Source: Camelus ferus
Taxonomy: Eukaryota
DNA length: 64,000 nucleotides
Direction: 5' to 3'
Assembly: GCF_009834535.1 (NCBI RefSeq)
Contig: NC_045696.1
Coordinates: forward strand, 40,364,001 to 40,428,000
Part shown: positions 27,410 through 41,345 of the stretch, piece by piece
How positions within the stretch are numbered: the first letter of the stretch is position 1
Layout: each line of letters opens with the position of its first letter
Program-made: the position numbers and the translations under genes
The notes under the pieces: model-generated
The model's database searches: none
Told to the model about the DNA's origin: nothing
What the model saw: the letters and a program-made list of their open reading frames with translations, nothing else

Positions 27410-30034
27410 TATTGTTGCTGCCCAAGTGAGACTGCATTAACTTTGAGAAACTATATTTTAGGGAACTAAGATTAGTTTTCAACATTATTTTTTGTGACCT
27501 ATGCAATGTCATGTAACCATAACCTTCCTCAAAAATTAAATTTAAAATAATATGCATTCATCAAAATAAATATTAAATTTTAAAAGGACTACATAAACTC
27601 TCAGAATTTTTGATGTAGGGGTTAAAAAAAAAAAAAAGAACGCCTCCTAATTTTGAGCCTGAGCCCCTGGATAAATAGTAATATCATTTTTCAAAATTGT
27701 GAAGCCTGGGGTAGAATTAGTTTCCCAAAACTTATAATCCTCCAATTAGTTAATTTGCTTTCAGAATTAATTTTTTAAAGCGAAAGGAATTCTTAACTCA
27801 AGAGTCTTTAGGATATGTCATCACCTTTTTTAAGGTTGAGCCGTGTTTAGCAACAATGATATTCTGCCACTGTGTGGAATCCCACTCTGAGACAGAGTTC
27901 TGAACCAGTCAGCCTGATCCCGTGTGATATTTCTAAATGATCTTTTGTAAAAAAGTTTCAAAGACCCATGACTAGAGAATTACAAAATCTTGCCTTCTGT
28001 TGAGGACATGTTTATAAATCTGCATAATGGAAGCTTAGCTCTCCACTCTTTCAAGAAATACAAGGTAAAAGTCTATGGCTCACTTCAAAGGAATGTTAAA
28101 TATCAGCCTGAGATTTATGCTTTTGGGAAAGAAATGTTACAGTGGGAACAGAGAAGAAATGTGCTTGGTTTGTGAGTCAGTGGCTTTTTTGTGGGAACCA
28201 GAGTCTTGAACTTCCATGCAGCTGTGTTGTACTGAGCTTGGCCTGAAAGCTGTGGGGACGGTGCCGTCACAGCGCCCATATATGATTGCTAAGAACACGA
28301 AGACACTTTGGGGGTGCAAAGACTTAGCCAAAATTACTATAAATCCGATAGAGCCAGAACTAAGTAAACAGTAGTTTAAAAATGGATACAGGAATCATTT
28401 GTATGTAGAGGAAACTGAGGGGACCCCAAATTCCAGGGCAATGTGGTTCTTTTGTCAGGTCCTCACTTTAACAGAGAATGGCTCCTTTTCAACATTTTGG
28501 TTTGTCTAATGGATAGTAATAAGCAATGATATTTTTATAGATGAAGAAGACATGAAATCCTAATGGCATGTAAACTCTATAAAGATTAGAGGAAGGTCTT
28601 TCCATGTTCTTTATTGTCCCCTGTCATTAGAACCATACCTGGCACACAGCTAGCACTCAGCAAATCTTTGTTAAATGAATGAAGAAAGAAAAGCTGGAAT
28701 AAATTGCTAAGTTGAAGGAAAAAAAATAGAAAGTAGAAAGGAATCTTCTCTTTCTAATTGTTTTTCTATAAAGTGCCATATTGTAGGTAAAATCTAATAA
28801 AAATTACAAGAGAAATTCTCCTCCCTGGGGAGCAGCTTTTGTCTATTGCACTCTTTTCCTGTTTTTCTCGCAGTTGGGTTCTCACTGCCCTACATAGCTG
28901 GTTGATATTGGTTGACATTGACTGAACAGTAACAGATCTTTACCTTGAGTTTCATCAGTTTTTACGTAGTTTCCACATATTTCATCCAATCTTCATAGTC
29001 TTTGTTGAGGGGACATCACCAATCTGGACAGTTAAACAAAAAAATTGAATAATTGACAGGCTGGCAACCGCAAAAGTCGATTTCTTTTGCCCATCCACTC
29101 AATTCTAAGATTCTAAGATCCGAGCCTATGATTCCCATTTGCCTTAAATTTACATCAATTCATGCACCCTTACCAATTCGACCTCACTCTCAAGGGCAGT
29201 CTTTTTTCCATTGCCACTCTTCTATCTGGCCATAGCTATTGAGTAGCTATGGATTGGAACTAGTAAAGAGAGAAAAATAAGACACAAAAAAAGGAAATCT
29301 CCTTTTAGGAAAGTATTTAATGAGAAAACAGAAGCCTCCACTTCTACAGCAAAGGCTTGCCTGGAATCCAGTCTGGATTTTGGAGGCTGTTATTACTCAG
29401 CCTCAAGTGGATCAGTGTGAATCTGTTCTCATTTCCAACGTTCTTTGAGATCCTTGAATCTAAGACCTTCTAGAAATGCTCATAATTCATTCTAAAGTGA
29501 GAAAATGAATAGGATGCATTCTAGTAGAAAGCCAAGGAGACAGAAAATAAATCTTTCCCCTCTCCCTTTTTGGTGACATTACACTTTAAAAATAGGTATG
29601 GGGAGGAGCCCAAGGAAGGAATTTCAGTTAGGCTAATCTACTTACAAGTAGAATTTCTTCCAGGATACAAGAGCTTTTGGCAAACATTGGTTGGCACATT
29701 CTTCCTAAAAGGTAAAAGGCTTTTTTTCTCTTTGGCAGGTTTTATATGACACTTAAGAGTGTCAGGCAAACCTTACAAACCATAGCCAAAAGCAGGTTAA
29801 TCCAAAACACACATCCCCAGCCAGTGCATGATCAACAAAAAAATTAGGCCTAAGGATTACAGGATGTTAATTGTGAAACATAATTCCATGATATTTATGG
29901 CTCCATAAACTGGGCAGTGCTACTCTTGAGCACTAGGAAGTACTCCTTACATTGGGGCAATTGATTATATTTGATGCTAAAACATGTAACGTATTGAAGA
30001 GAACCACGGGTTTGTCACAATCTCTCCAGTAGGA

Positions 30035-30213
30035 TCATGATTCTCAAACTTCACTAGGTCTGACAATCAACTGGAACAAGCTTATAGAAAATGCAGATTT
30101 CTGGTCTCCTTCCCAAGTCTATCTGGTCAGACTCCGTCGGGGAGGAGATTGAGAACAAGGAAAGCCAATGAGTAAGATGCAGATGGTCTGTACACCACCC
30201 ATGGAGAATCAGT
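30035..30213 (+). mobile_element. MER5-family hAT-Charlie remnant
   Basis: catgattctcaaactt...caatcaactgg...agcttatagaaaatgcagatttctgg...tcagactc...accacccatggagaatcagtg. Confidence 0.6.
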
Positions 30214-30419
30214 GCCCTGGAGCCTGCAGTGAGTGCCCTAAAGTCAGGACTCTCTCCATCTCTAAATCTCTGCACCTAGCACGGAGACTGGGACCTGGTA
30301 GATACTCCACAAATATATAATGAATGAAAATCAGTTAACATTTATGGATTCCAGGCACTGTTCTAAGCACTGTGCACATATTAACTCATTTAATCCTCAC
30401 AATAAAGGACTGTTACTAC

Positions 30420-30765
30420 CCTTGATACTTGCTGGGTGCTTCTGCACACACACTGTCTAAAGTGTCACCATGTTGGTTCCTTTATTACATTCAATGGCCA
30501 CCTCCTTAGGAAGAAACCTCCCATACTTCTTATCTGAAGTAGCATCAATCTTACTCCCATCCCATCACAAGATCATTTTCCTTTTCTTTATAGCAATTGC
30601 CTCTATCTAAAATTATCTGATTTGGGTTTTTTGTCTGACTCTGACTCCCTTTACTAAAATATAAGCTCCATGAGAATAGAAATCTTGCAGATCTTATTTG
30701 TCACTGTATCTTTAATGCCTAACTCACAGGAGACACCAAGGAAATATTTATTAAATGAATGTATG
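30420..30765 (+). mobile_element. L2 LINE 3' end
   Basis: ...actaaaatataagctccatgagaatagaaatcttg...cttatttgtcactgtatctttaatgcctaac...aaatatttattaaatgaatg. Confidence 0.7.
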
Positions 30766-32752
30766 TTAAAAATGCATAGTAAATGCAAAGTCAAGGAGTT
30801 ATGTTTGCTATATGATTTCTTAGTTCTCTCAGAGCTTCCAAAATTTATTATAAGTGTGAAAAGTGAAAGAAAGACTTCTAACCCTCAAAATGATTTCCTG
30901 GTCTACCTTGTCCCAAGTCATAGATTGGACATGAGAAAAAGGGAACACTAAGTTAGGGTTAAAATGGAATGTCTGAGTTGATTTTTCACTCTACAGTGTC
31001 AATATTTTGTTTGAAAGGGATTCTTAGGACATCAGACACACCCACATTCAAACATAAGTAAAAAACACATTCCAAGATTAAATGTATGTGATTTTTAGAT
31101 TAACCAATGTTTTTATTAGCCACACAATGACTGCTTTACTAGTTCAAAAAGCTGTATCTACATGACACCAAAAGAGCTAGTTAAATTAATGAAACTCAAG
31201 CCAATTACTTCAACAGTAAAAAGAAGAAAAAGAAAGGAAAAAAAAAAAGAAAAAAAAAAAAAAGAAAGAAAGGAAATGGACAGACCAATTCACTCCAAAC
31301 GACAAATGTGTTAGAAATATTGACCATTTTACTCCATGCCAACAAAATCAAAATCTGGAACTAACGATAGACTCAGGAGAGAGAAAGAAACTCATTTTAA
31401 ATGTGTTTCTCATACAGTATGGCTCAAAACATGGGTTCTTTGAAAAGGGCCACTCGCTTGTTGACGTCATGCTAGCCAGTCCCCTGCAGGATACCAACTG
31501 TGCACAGTCAAATTGACCTCCTCCTCTTCATTTATGGTTGTGGGTCTCAGGCAAACAAGAGCTGGTGCCGAGGGATGGCCACTGAATGAAGTCTTTTATT
31601 CCAAGTAATTTTTACCGTGTCCACTAAAATGCCAGACAGTGAACATCGTCAGTAATGTTTTGGATAGAACGTACTCAAAATCAACTAGAAACTTAAAAAA
31701 AAATTTTAAAAAGCTTTCCTTGTTTTATTTTGAGGATATCTTTTCACTATGATCATGCAGGGAGTTAGCCACACGGGTTGGCTTCATTAGCCATCTCAAA
31801 GAATGTGGATAGATAATGAGAAAATCTTTCCATTTTTGAGAAATTGCTGATCCCCAACCACATTCATTTCCGCCAGTCATTGAGGCTTAGTACAAAACTT
31901 GGAAGTATCAAAGTAGATGTGGGAAGGAGGGGAGGAGAACATACAACCAATAGTGAGCTTTATTCTTACTATAGGAAGGCCATTTGCAAAGACCTCCATC
32001 TAGGAAGAATTTTGTTGCCCCCTCACCACCCCCATTGAGAAAGATTTAATCAGAATATTTTTTAAAAATAGAGAGGAATTTGTTTTCATTTTTAAATTTT
32101 TCAAATGCAAAAGTTTTTCAAATTTTTCAAATTGGTCAAGAAGAAAAACAATTTCTATGTTCACTACCCAGGTCTTCAAAACCATCTGGGTTAACTCAAA
32201 GCCAGGTTTAGCACGTTTTGTTTCCATTTTATGAACAAAACATGATTTGGATTATAAATTTCTCTGAGGTTCATGCACAGAGCTGAGAGACTCTGTCATT
32301 TCCTTATCAGAAGCAACAGGAGAAATTCCAAATATGAAGAATCACAGAGATTTATTGCCTCAGTTCCCAGCCTGACACTTGGCTCAGCACAGAGAGTAAG
32401 CGGCCAAAAAGAAGTCCTTTACTAAGGTATGAAAGGAACTGGCTGCTTGTGAAATCCAGACTTGGGAATGACACAAACAGGGGTTTGGGCTTTGACATGG
32501 CCAGCAAAACCTAGTCTGTTTGAAGTCAGATCAATTGATTTCTTGAACATTTCAAATAAGCAAAATTCTGCAGGAAATGGGAGCCAGATGCATTTTTAAA
32601 TCAGGAGTTCCTTGGAAGACAGGCAGAAAATAATCAAACAACATCCTCTAGTTTCATTTTGGCCTTCCTCCTAGACTTAATCTCAGGAACTATACCTCCG
32701 ACATGTATATAGACACAGTGATCAAACAAACTCAAGGAGGGGTACAGGTAGA

Positions 32753-32819
32753 AATTTATTTAAATAATAATTTTAATTTATTTAAATAATAATTTTAAAT
32801 TTATTTACCTAACAATTTT
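32753..32819. repeat. AT-rich 22-bp tandem repeat, ~3 units
   Basis: AATTTATTTAAATAATAATTTT perfect at 32753-32774 and 32775-32796; the third unit is degenerate. Confidence 0.85.
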
Positions 32820-34987
32820 ATTTTAAATACAAAAAGATACAGTATATGTCTGATAGAAGAAATGTAGACCAATTTTAAAATACTACATCATTTGGAAGAA
32901 GCTCAAAAACATTTTAGGAAGTATCTATTGTAAGCCAGGCACTGTGCTGGCAATTTTCACAACAACCCTCTGAAGTAGTTTATTATTATTCTCATAATAC
33001 ACCCAAGAAATTGAGGCTCATTGATATTCAGTGATTTGCCAGAAGCCACAATGATTGTAAATGAAGAGGCTGGGGTTGACTTATCAAAGGAGTCCCCAGT
33101 CGGTCCTCAGGACTGAAATCCAGATGGAAAGAATCTGATTTTTAAGACTAAGCATCTCCTACCCTAACTTTTGCTAGTCCTCACCTCCTCACATGTGGAA
33201 CAGGAATAAATCAGCAGCCTGCACTGAAGACAGATCTACCAGGTCAGGAGTAGTTGGCAGCTGTGTGCACGCCAGAAACACCGGCACGCTAAGTAGGCAC
33301 AGGCAGCTTCCCCCCAGGAACTCAGAGGGGACAAGGAAGGAGGACTCTCCTCTCTTCAGTAAGCTTTGGCTTCAGACATTTAGAGAAAGCATAAGGAACA
33401 TGAAAATTAGAAAACAGACTCACGCTACAATCCTAGCCACTAGCTTGCTAACGCCTTGTTCTTCATACTTGTGACTTTCATGGAAGATGAAATATTTCTT
33501 TCCTCTTCACTTCACATATGCTGAGCAGAATCCCTGAATTTTCCTGGAATTTTTATTAAGAATTCCAGATATTCCAGCAATGATTTTCAGACATCAAGCT
33601 TTGGCTGACAGAGAGCAGATAAATACCATGTTTGGTACAACCAACATCTGGGGATTTCTCCCTCTGCTTTCTTCTACTTTTTCTTCCAATGAAACTGTCC
33701 CATCATTGGTTTTGATTTATTAATAATGATCAGATTTCCCTTTCCAGAAATATCATTTGTAAGATTAAAAAAAAGAATAAAAATTGTAATGAGTAGTCAT
33801 CACTGGTATTTTGTTAGTTCCTTTGGCTCTTGCTTTTGAACTGTCTACTCTGTCTCTCAGGCACTTCTGTGTTGACAAAGAAAATCATGGACATTTTAGC
33901 AGGGAATTTTTTACGTGTATCTATGTGAATTGAGTGCATCGCTAACATTGGAGAAACAACCTGAAAGGCCACATTCAGATCTGGACTTCTCAGACTCCTT
34001 GAAGTGCTGCACAAGAAGGCAGAGGCACAGGGAGATCAGCCTACCCTTGGCTCATTTGTTCCCACCTCCAGCTCGGCCATGGACCACAAGAGGTTTCATG
34101 GTCGTGCATGTGAACACCCCATCTGCACAGACAACTCCACCCACAACCCCTAACAAACAGCTGCTCCCTGGCCCCACGTTGGACCCAGAGATTCACACCC
34201 CAGGGGGACAGTCTATCTCAAGAGGCAGAACCCTGAGAAAAAGCCTGTGTAGCCACTAGAAACAGCTCATGATCATCTGGGTAGAGAATTCTAGGGTCCC
34301 ATGTACCCAGACCATGGTCTAGAAGAATGTGGGCTCTGACAATACCATCCTTTGGCTCCTCACCCCCATGGCAGTTGGAGGAGGCACAGCTTCAGGAAGG
34401 TCAGAGCAGAGGCCCTTCTTGGCCTGATCTAGGTAGTACTTGGCCTTATTGTCCCCTTAACTGTAATGGCTAAGTGAGAATTAACCTCATATTGGATACT
34501 TTTTATTCATAGCTTCCAAGTAGCAGTGAAAGTCATCTCAGCAGAATATTTGGAACTAGAGGTTCCAGTGTCATAGTTTCACATAAGGCAAGGCATCTGC
34601 CTCTCAGGATCACTGAGGATTATGCAATTGGCTCTTTGAATTGCAAGTACAGTCATCTGATTTCCCACTCCAGTTTCCATGGTCCAAAGCCAATGAAGAA
34701 ACAGAGTCTATTAAATATTTGAGAGGAGACATCATTAACAATGGATTATTATCTAAGATGGAAATAACTTTAATTAAGAGAAGAGAGTATAAGCACATAT
34801 TTCATTGTCATAAACTTCCTTAGAAGATGAAACAAGCATGAGACAGAGAAATGTACTCTGGGAGAAGGAAGGGGGAGGAGGGTGGGCTCCTCAGGTTTAC
34901 ATTTGTTTCAAGTGAGGTAGATTGTGCTTCTCCTGCATGAATAATGCCCACTCCTGCCTCTGTCAGTAATGATAACACCAGTGAAAA

Positions 34988-35250
34988 CAGCTAATGCTTG
35001 CCTCTTACTTACTCTGTGCTAGACATTATTCTAAGCACTTCATCTATATTTACTTATTTAATCTGCACAAAAGCCCTATGAGGTAGCTTTTATTATTATT
35101 CTTATTTTATAGAGGAAGAAAGTGAGGCATAAAAAGATTTTGGGAAAAAAACAAGCTTTGCCCAAGTCACGTAGGTAATAAGATTCAGAGTTGGGATTTG
35201 AGCACAGTCAGTGTGTCAGTGGAGTCTGTGCACTGGCAAAACATTTTACT
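34988..35250 (-). mobile_element. MIR SINE
   Basis: cagctaat...cttacttactctgtgctagacattattctaagcactt...ttatttaatc..cacaaaagccctatgaggtag...attttatagaggaagaaagtgaggcat...tgcccaagtcac. Confidence 0.8.
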
Positions 35251-35811
35251 GCTCCTTGGGATGTCTAGCACCCAGAGACCAGCCAGCTCAGCCATTGCTC
35301 GCCCGCCACGCTGCCCTGCTTCACCAAGTAACCATGCATTTGCCCCTAGTAGTTAGAGGTTCGAGCTGAAAAAGTGGTTGTCTCTTTGGCTGACCTGGGA
35401 CTTTCCGTTTCTGGTGGAAACAGCCTCCCCTGGCCATCACTCACCTGAGACCAAAGAAACCATAAGAGCCCCAAATTCTCTCTACATCTAATGAGACTTT
35501 TTAAAGAGGAATTTTGTGTATTGAAAATTACTTATTCTCTTATCTTTAAGGTTCACAAAAGATTAGGGACTATGTCTTATTTTTCTTTTATTTTCAGTTC
35601 TTATTAGAGTTCCTTACATATAAGGTGTTCAGAAATTTTTAAATAAAGTTTTGCTATATTCTTCAACAACCCTGAGTTTTAATCTGACAGCTCAATGAAT
35701 ATAAGAAGTAGAATAACATTTGCCTAAAAATCCCAAATTCATTTATTGTGGGTGGGCATTGATATGAAAGCTCTATGTATGTGTGAGTCTATTCTGTATT
35801 CAACATTCCTA

Positions 35812-36110
35812 TTCAGAGAGGTGATGTATGTAGTAGTTCAGTGCCTAGACCCTTGAGGCAGCCTCCCCAAGTTCAGATCCTGATCCAGCTACTTACTGAC
35901 TGTGGGACTCTTTCCATTGCATTTAAATTCTTTGTGCCCCAGTTTCCTCATAGGTAAATGGGAATGATTATGGTAACACCTTCCATCTCAGGGGGAATTT
36001 TCTGCTAATTAAATAAGTTAATCAACACAAGGTAGTTAAGTGAATTAATCAATATAAAATGTTTTCAGTACTGCCTGGCAAATAGTACGTTCTCCACAAA
36101 TGTTAGCTGT
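35812..36110 (+). mobile_element. MIR SINE
   Basis: gtagtagttcagtgcctagac...gttcagatcctgatccagctacttactgactgtgggac...tttgtgccccagtttcctcataggtaaatggga...tgcctggcaaatagta...aaatgttagct. Confidence 0.75.
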
Positions 36111-37349
36111 CATGCCAAAGCATCCCATAATTTAAGCACAAATATGGTTTCTTTCAGCACATGAAATAGTTGCATTTTGAAGGAATTAATAAAGTAGTTA
36201 CCCATATGTTTTCTTTATGGTTATTAAGAGAACAGTTATTGTTAATAATAGTTAACAAAGTACAACCAGGAATAACAGACTATAATATGTGCCATATTTG
36301 CCACCAAGCATAGGCAACATAATGTAATGTGAAAATATGGTTCACAGCAACATGGTCTTGGCTATCACGGAATCAGCTAACTCACTATCTTCCTCTCTCC
36401 TCTGAGAAGGCTTCACTCTTCTAATAATGTAAGGAGCAGGGGCATCAATCTTAGCTGCAGTCAGCTACAATAGCTCAAACTGACACCCACAAACACTGAG
36501 GGAAGGAAGTGCAGTTTCCAAGGTCCCACCCATTTAGCAAAGATTGTCTAGTGGAACAGGTAGTGCAGTGGGCATTCGCAAGCGTGTGGTTGTTCATTTC
36601 CATGGCAATGAAGCCAGAGGAAATTGCAGCCAGACTGTGATACTCAAGATATTCCAGAGCATACACACCAGTGTAAATCCTTTTTGGAGCTGTGATTTCT
36701 TCCTTCATGGTCTTAACCTTTGTTGTATAAACCCTTCCCAGCCTCCTTACTAGGCCATCCTTCCCGGTGGAGCTTGGAGCACTCATGGTGCTACTTCTAG
36801 TTACTGCTACTTCACTGGCATGTGGTTTTTCTTATCATAATATCATTAGCATAAGGCAGGGGTTCCTCCTGGTGAAATGCCCAGAGTAATGTTCAGTTGG
36901 TCCTTTAACTCCTTTTGGTCATATCCATGTTCTTGGCTTCCAGTCTAAGAATGTTAACATTTCATAGTTTCCTCCTATTTCTTTTGTATATTTCTCCATA
37001 TGGTCTCATTGGCCAGTTACAGTTTTTCTTTAATTGATTGACATCTGACTTTATGTCTCTTCAATAAACACAACATCCTCAATCCAACACAACAGATTTC
37101 CCTTCTAAGAGAAGAAACATCAAAATTACATTTTTATTACAGGAAAGTGTTCCAAATATCATTCAATACAAGCATGTATAAATATCAGATGCTAGCTCAA
37201 CAAACCCAGGGCAGAGTACTTCTTTTAAGGATGATTTTGTTTATGGATGTGCCTAAGGTACAAGAATTGGTTGGTAAAAGATACATTAATAGCCTCTTGG
37301 ATCCTGGAATGAAAGTAATATCAAGAATGCAAAGCTGTATAATGCTTAC

Positions 37350-37540
37350 CATAATAGCTACCCTCTCTGGAATTTCTGCTATTTGCCAAGTCACTATCAA
37401 ACATTTATTATCAAATATGATTCCAGTAAGAATCATTATTCCCATTTTCCAGGCTAAGAAATGGAGGTTCCTAAGGTTACACAGCTGGTAAGTGGCAGAG
37501 CCAGGATCCAAATCCAAGTGGCCTGGACTCCCCAGCCCGC
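37350..37540 (-). mobile_element. MIR SINE
   Basis: attattcccattttccaggctaagaaatggagg...cctaaggttacacagctggtaagtggcagagccaggatccaaatccaag. Confidence 0.7.
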
Positions 37541-39321
37541 AGGCTCTCTCTTCCTTGAAGACCCCTCTAGTTCATGGCCCCCAGTCACTGCAGCACATAT
37601 GGAAAGGAAGAACTGAAACTCTAACAGCTCAACCAATCCATGCATTCAAGACTGAGAAGCAAATTATCACTAGAATTAACCAGGAAATGGAAACTAAAAC
37701 TTACATTTCTGGTTCATTGTACAATCCATCAACAACACTTTATTTTCCCCCAGTGCTTTCCTTGAGAGAGAAGGTAATAAATTGTGAGTATGGTGTACTA
37801 AAATTAATATTCACCATAATAACTGGACTTGACTTTCAGAAGCCAGTGTTACTGATAGTTAAAGATGATGTCCTCGTGGGGAGGGAGACTCTCTTATGCT
37901 ATCACATTGCCCATTTGTGCAAAGCATTAACTTTTCTAACTCCTCCCATTTTTGTGTGTGTACTAGCTCAGCAGTCAGTGTAGCTCCCTGACAACTTCAA
38001 AGAGATGGTGCCTCCTACAAGCCTAAAATAAGCCATGGTCCATCTTTTCCCTCTGGGTTTTATCCCACAACTCAGAACTGACACCATTTACATCACAACC
38101 CCACTCCCTTTAGAAATTTCTTCCTCTGGTGATTTGAGATCTTACCTATTTTGCCACAGTTTATTAATCCTGGTGCTCCTCAGACACAAGGTTTTCATTT
38201 AATATTTCACTTTGGCACGAAGACATTTTAAAGTTTCTCCAGCCCAAAACTTGGAAAAGAGCTAAGGAAAAGTAGCCAGGAGAACTCTACAACAATATTT
38301 TTTAAACCTTCATATGTCCAGATTTAAAAATAAATACATTTATCTTTTCTTCAGGAACAGCAATAACTCTGCACTGATATGATTTTTAATAATGCTCTTG
38401 GTAACAGCTGGTGGACCCAACATGTTTTGGGGGGGAAAAAAGAGAGAGAGAAAAAGAAGAAAAGAAACCTCAAATACCTCCCATTTACCCATGATGACCT
38501 GGCTCAGGCCTTGAGAGGGTTAGGAGCGTTTCTTTCATAAAGTCACATCTCATTAGGATGAACGTTTGTTCCAACCCAATGTATTACAGCCCATCATCAC
38601 TGTTTCAGTTGATTATCAAAAAGTAGATCAAGATATAATGCATCCTGCCACTGGGTCTCTGAATCACAATGTGCAGACAAAGCCTGCAAGTCTGCAATAG
38701 TACAGAAGACAAAGCAGATGTCCCAAAATCAAGGAGTGAGAAGTAAAGATAACATTAATGATCATAAGAAGACATACATCTCAGAATCAGTTAGCATGAG
38801 AACCCAACACTAGAAGAATTTCAAATTCCAGGATCTATGAAAGGAATGTTGCCCCAGTCTCCTTTTGACTGTGATAGAAGGAGATTGTCATCAATTGTAA
38901 AATACAATGGAAACTCATCTGCACGTAACTAAAATTTGTCTGAAATTGGCACATAACTAATGTCATCTCAAAGGAGATTAACTCTGATTAAGTCTTTCAA
39001 ATAGTTGAAAATTTTACTTTGCTCAAACTGAAAAAGTAATTGGTGACATTGAGGTAAATTGGTAACAGAGTTGCAAGGGCAACCTAGAAGTTCCTTTTAG
39101 CCAAAAAGTTCTACATTCCTGGATATGAGAACCCCACAAACCCAAACTCAAGGGAGCTAAGCAACTCCAAAAGAGACTTGTTATCTAGTTGTCCCCACAA
39201 TTAATCACCAAACCACCTGGTCTGATTCCACGTACTCTAAAATGGTCACGTGAATCTCACAGCTTGTCCTTGGCTGATTGCACAGTGAGACCTTCAGGGG
39301 TGTGGGCAGCAGCACACCAAA

Positions 39322-39570
39322 GGCTGACATTTATGAATCCCTAGCTCCAGGCACTGTTCAGAGCTCTGTATATGGGAAAATTTTATCTACTCTTCACCAC
39401 ACCCAAGTGAATACATAATACAAGTTACCATCATTTTTTATGGGTCAAGAGTGTGAGGTGCAGAGAGGTAAGTAACTTGCCCAAGGTCACACAGACAGTG
39501 CGTGGCAGAGGCAGTACTTAAACCTAAGCGTCTGGTTTAGATCCTAGACATGTAACCACCCTGCTGTGCT
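39322..39570 (-). mobile_element. MIR SINE
   Basis: gctgacatttatgaa...ccaggcactgttc...tgaggtgcagagaggtaagtaacttgcccaaggtcacacag...gtggcagaggcag. Confidence 0.75.
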
Positions 39571-40774
39571 GTGTCTCGCACCTACCATCTTGCAGGCCAC
39601 CTACCAATCAGCCTTCCCGGTAACCTGCCTTCAGAATACCTGATTTGAAATGTTAGGGAGACCTGGCTTGGTACAGTCCTCAGACCACCACCCTCTCCCA
39701 TCTCATTGCCAAGAGCCTTCCCCTGACCCACGTCATCCCCTCCCTGAGGGGTCACACTCTCAGAAACTGTCCATCTGCCCAGCCCTCCATTCCAACCTGT
39801 ACTTTCTCATAGGATAGTGCCTTCTATTAGAGTATAGGCAAAAATCCATCTTACCAAAATTATTAACACAATGTGTGAGTGACTTAATAGGACAACTCTA
39901 TCTGAGAGTATTTGCGTTTCAGAAGAGGACTTTATTAACCCCAATGAATCATACAAGAGGGGATTTTGCTGTTCTTTGATTGTTTTTGTGATGCCCGTGG
40001 TACAAAGAGCAAAGCATTTGGAGTAAGAAAGACGTTGCAATCCTAGTTCTGCCAACATCACTTACGTAAAGCTAGGCAAGTAACTCAATATTCTGAATCT
40101 GGCTCCTCATCTACTTTAAAAAATAAAAGGCAGTACGTCTTCACAGTAGTGTTGTCACAGTTAGGTCAGATGATGTCTGTCTAGCACCTGACATGCTGCC
40201 TTGCGCATGGTGGGCATCAGTAAATGTCAGTCCTTAGCCTCTTCTCGCAGCACTTCCCAGAACAGAGAACCCCTGCCATCACTTTGTCAGGGCATCTGGA
40301 CTGACAAGGCTTCCCGGCAAGGGCAGACATCCTGCTACCTGCCTCCTTAGCAGCCTGCCCTCCACTCACAGGCTCCCTGGAAGAGGAGAATGAGTCAGCA
40401 GGGACTTTGGAAAGCTGTGAGACTGCAGCTTCACAGGACACCCATGTCCATGAGGCTGGCATTATGTTGGATTATATGCCAACATGGCATAGCCTGTTAT
40501 TTAAAGATATCCATCAACATTGCATACAAACTCAGCCATTCACTCAACAACACGAATTCACGAACTACTATGTGCCAAATGTTGTGCTAAGCCCTAGGGA
40601 ATGCAGGAATTAAAGTAGCCAATGTACCACCATGTACTACCTGATTGCAGAGGTGACAACAAAAAAGAAAACAGCAAAGTGCTCCTCCCCTAGAGGTGAA
40701 CATATGCAGGCATGCATGCTCATAAGACCCAGAACCATACCCAAGAACAATGGCCACCATCCATGGTTTCACCC

Positions 40775-41345
40775 ATTCAGTTAGTCATTCTCCAAATTTT
40801 TATTGAGCATAAACCATGTGTCAGCCACTAAGGAAACAATACATTGAATGAGACAGTCCAGGTTCCTTCTCTGACAGAGTTTACAGACATAGCAGAAGAT
40901 ATAGACAATGAATAAAAGAAATAAGCAAGATAATTTCAGCTACTGAGAAATATTGTGAAGGAGGCAACTGTGACAGAGGAAGACCAGATTTGAACATTGC
41001 CTTGGCCAGAGTGGTCAGGGAAAGCTTTCCTGAGAGAATGGCATTTAGCCAAGACTTGAATGACATGGAAAGGAGTTAGCCATGTGCAGAGCTGGGGAAG
41101 AACGTTCAGGCAGAAACAGCAGCTTGTGCAAAGGCCCTGGCAGCAGCAAATGAGTGAATTCAGTGAACAGAGAAGGTCAGTATGGGTGGCCCTTAATCAA
41201 CAAGTAGAGGTGGAATGAGGGATGGGCAGCGGCCAGGTGAGATCAAGATCTGAAAGCAGTGTAGGGAGTTTGGATTTTATGCAAAGAACAATAGGAAGAC
41301 ATTGGCAGCTTTTCAACAGAAGAGTGCTATGCTCTGATCTACATT
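40775..41345 (-). mobile_element. L2 LINE 3' fragment
   Basis: cattcagttagtcattc..caaatttttattgagca..., gtggtcagggaaagctttcctgag...gcatttagccaagacttgaatga...agcttgtgcaaaggccctgg...ggagtttggattttat...gctctgatctacatttt. Confidence 0.8.

Noticed and set aside
27156..27557. Lys/Glu/Arg-rich and Phe/Ser/Leu-rich ORFs
   Set aside because: These are translations of the polypurine microsatellite.
36475..36786. 103-aa ATG-initiated minus-strand ORF with an NHT..AHCTTC motif vaguely like the glycoprotein hormone alpha C-terminus
   Set aside because: The similarity is a few residues, the other cysteines are missing, and there is no poly(A) or TSD. Probably chance or a very old repeat; a TBLASTX/Dfam search would settle it.
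37492..37983. Longest ORF in the track (163 aa)
   Set aside because: It starts at a GTG inside a MIR and shows no domain similarity or exon signals.
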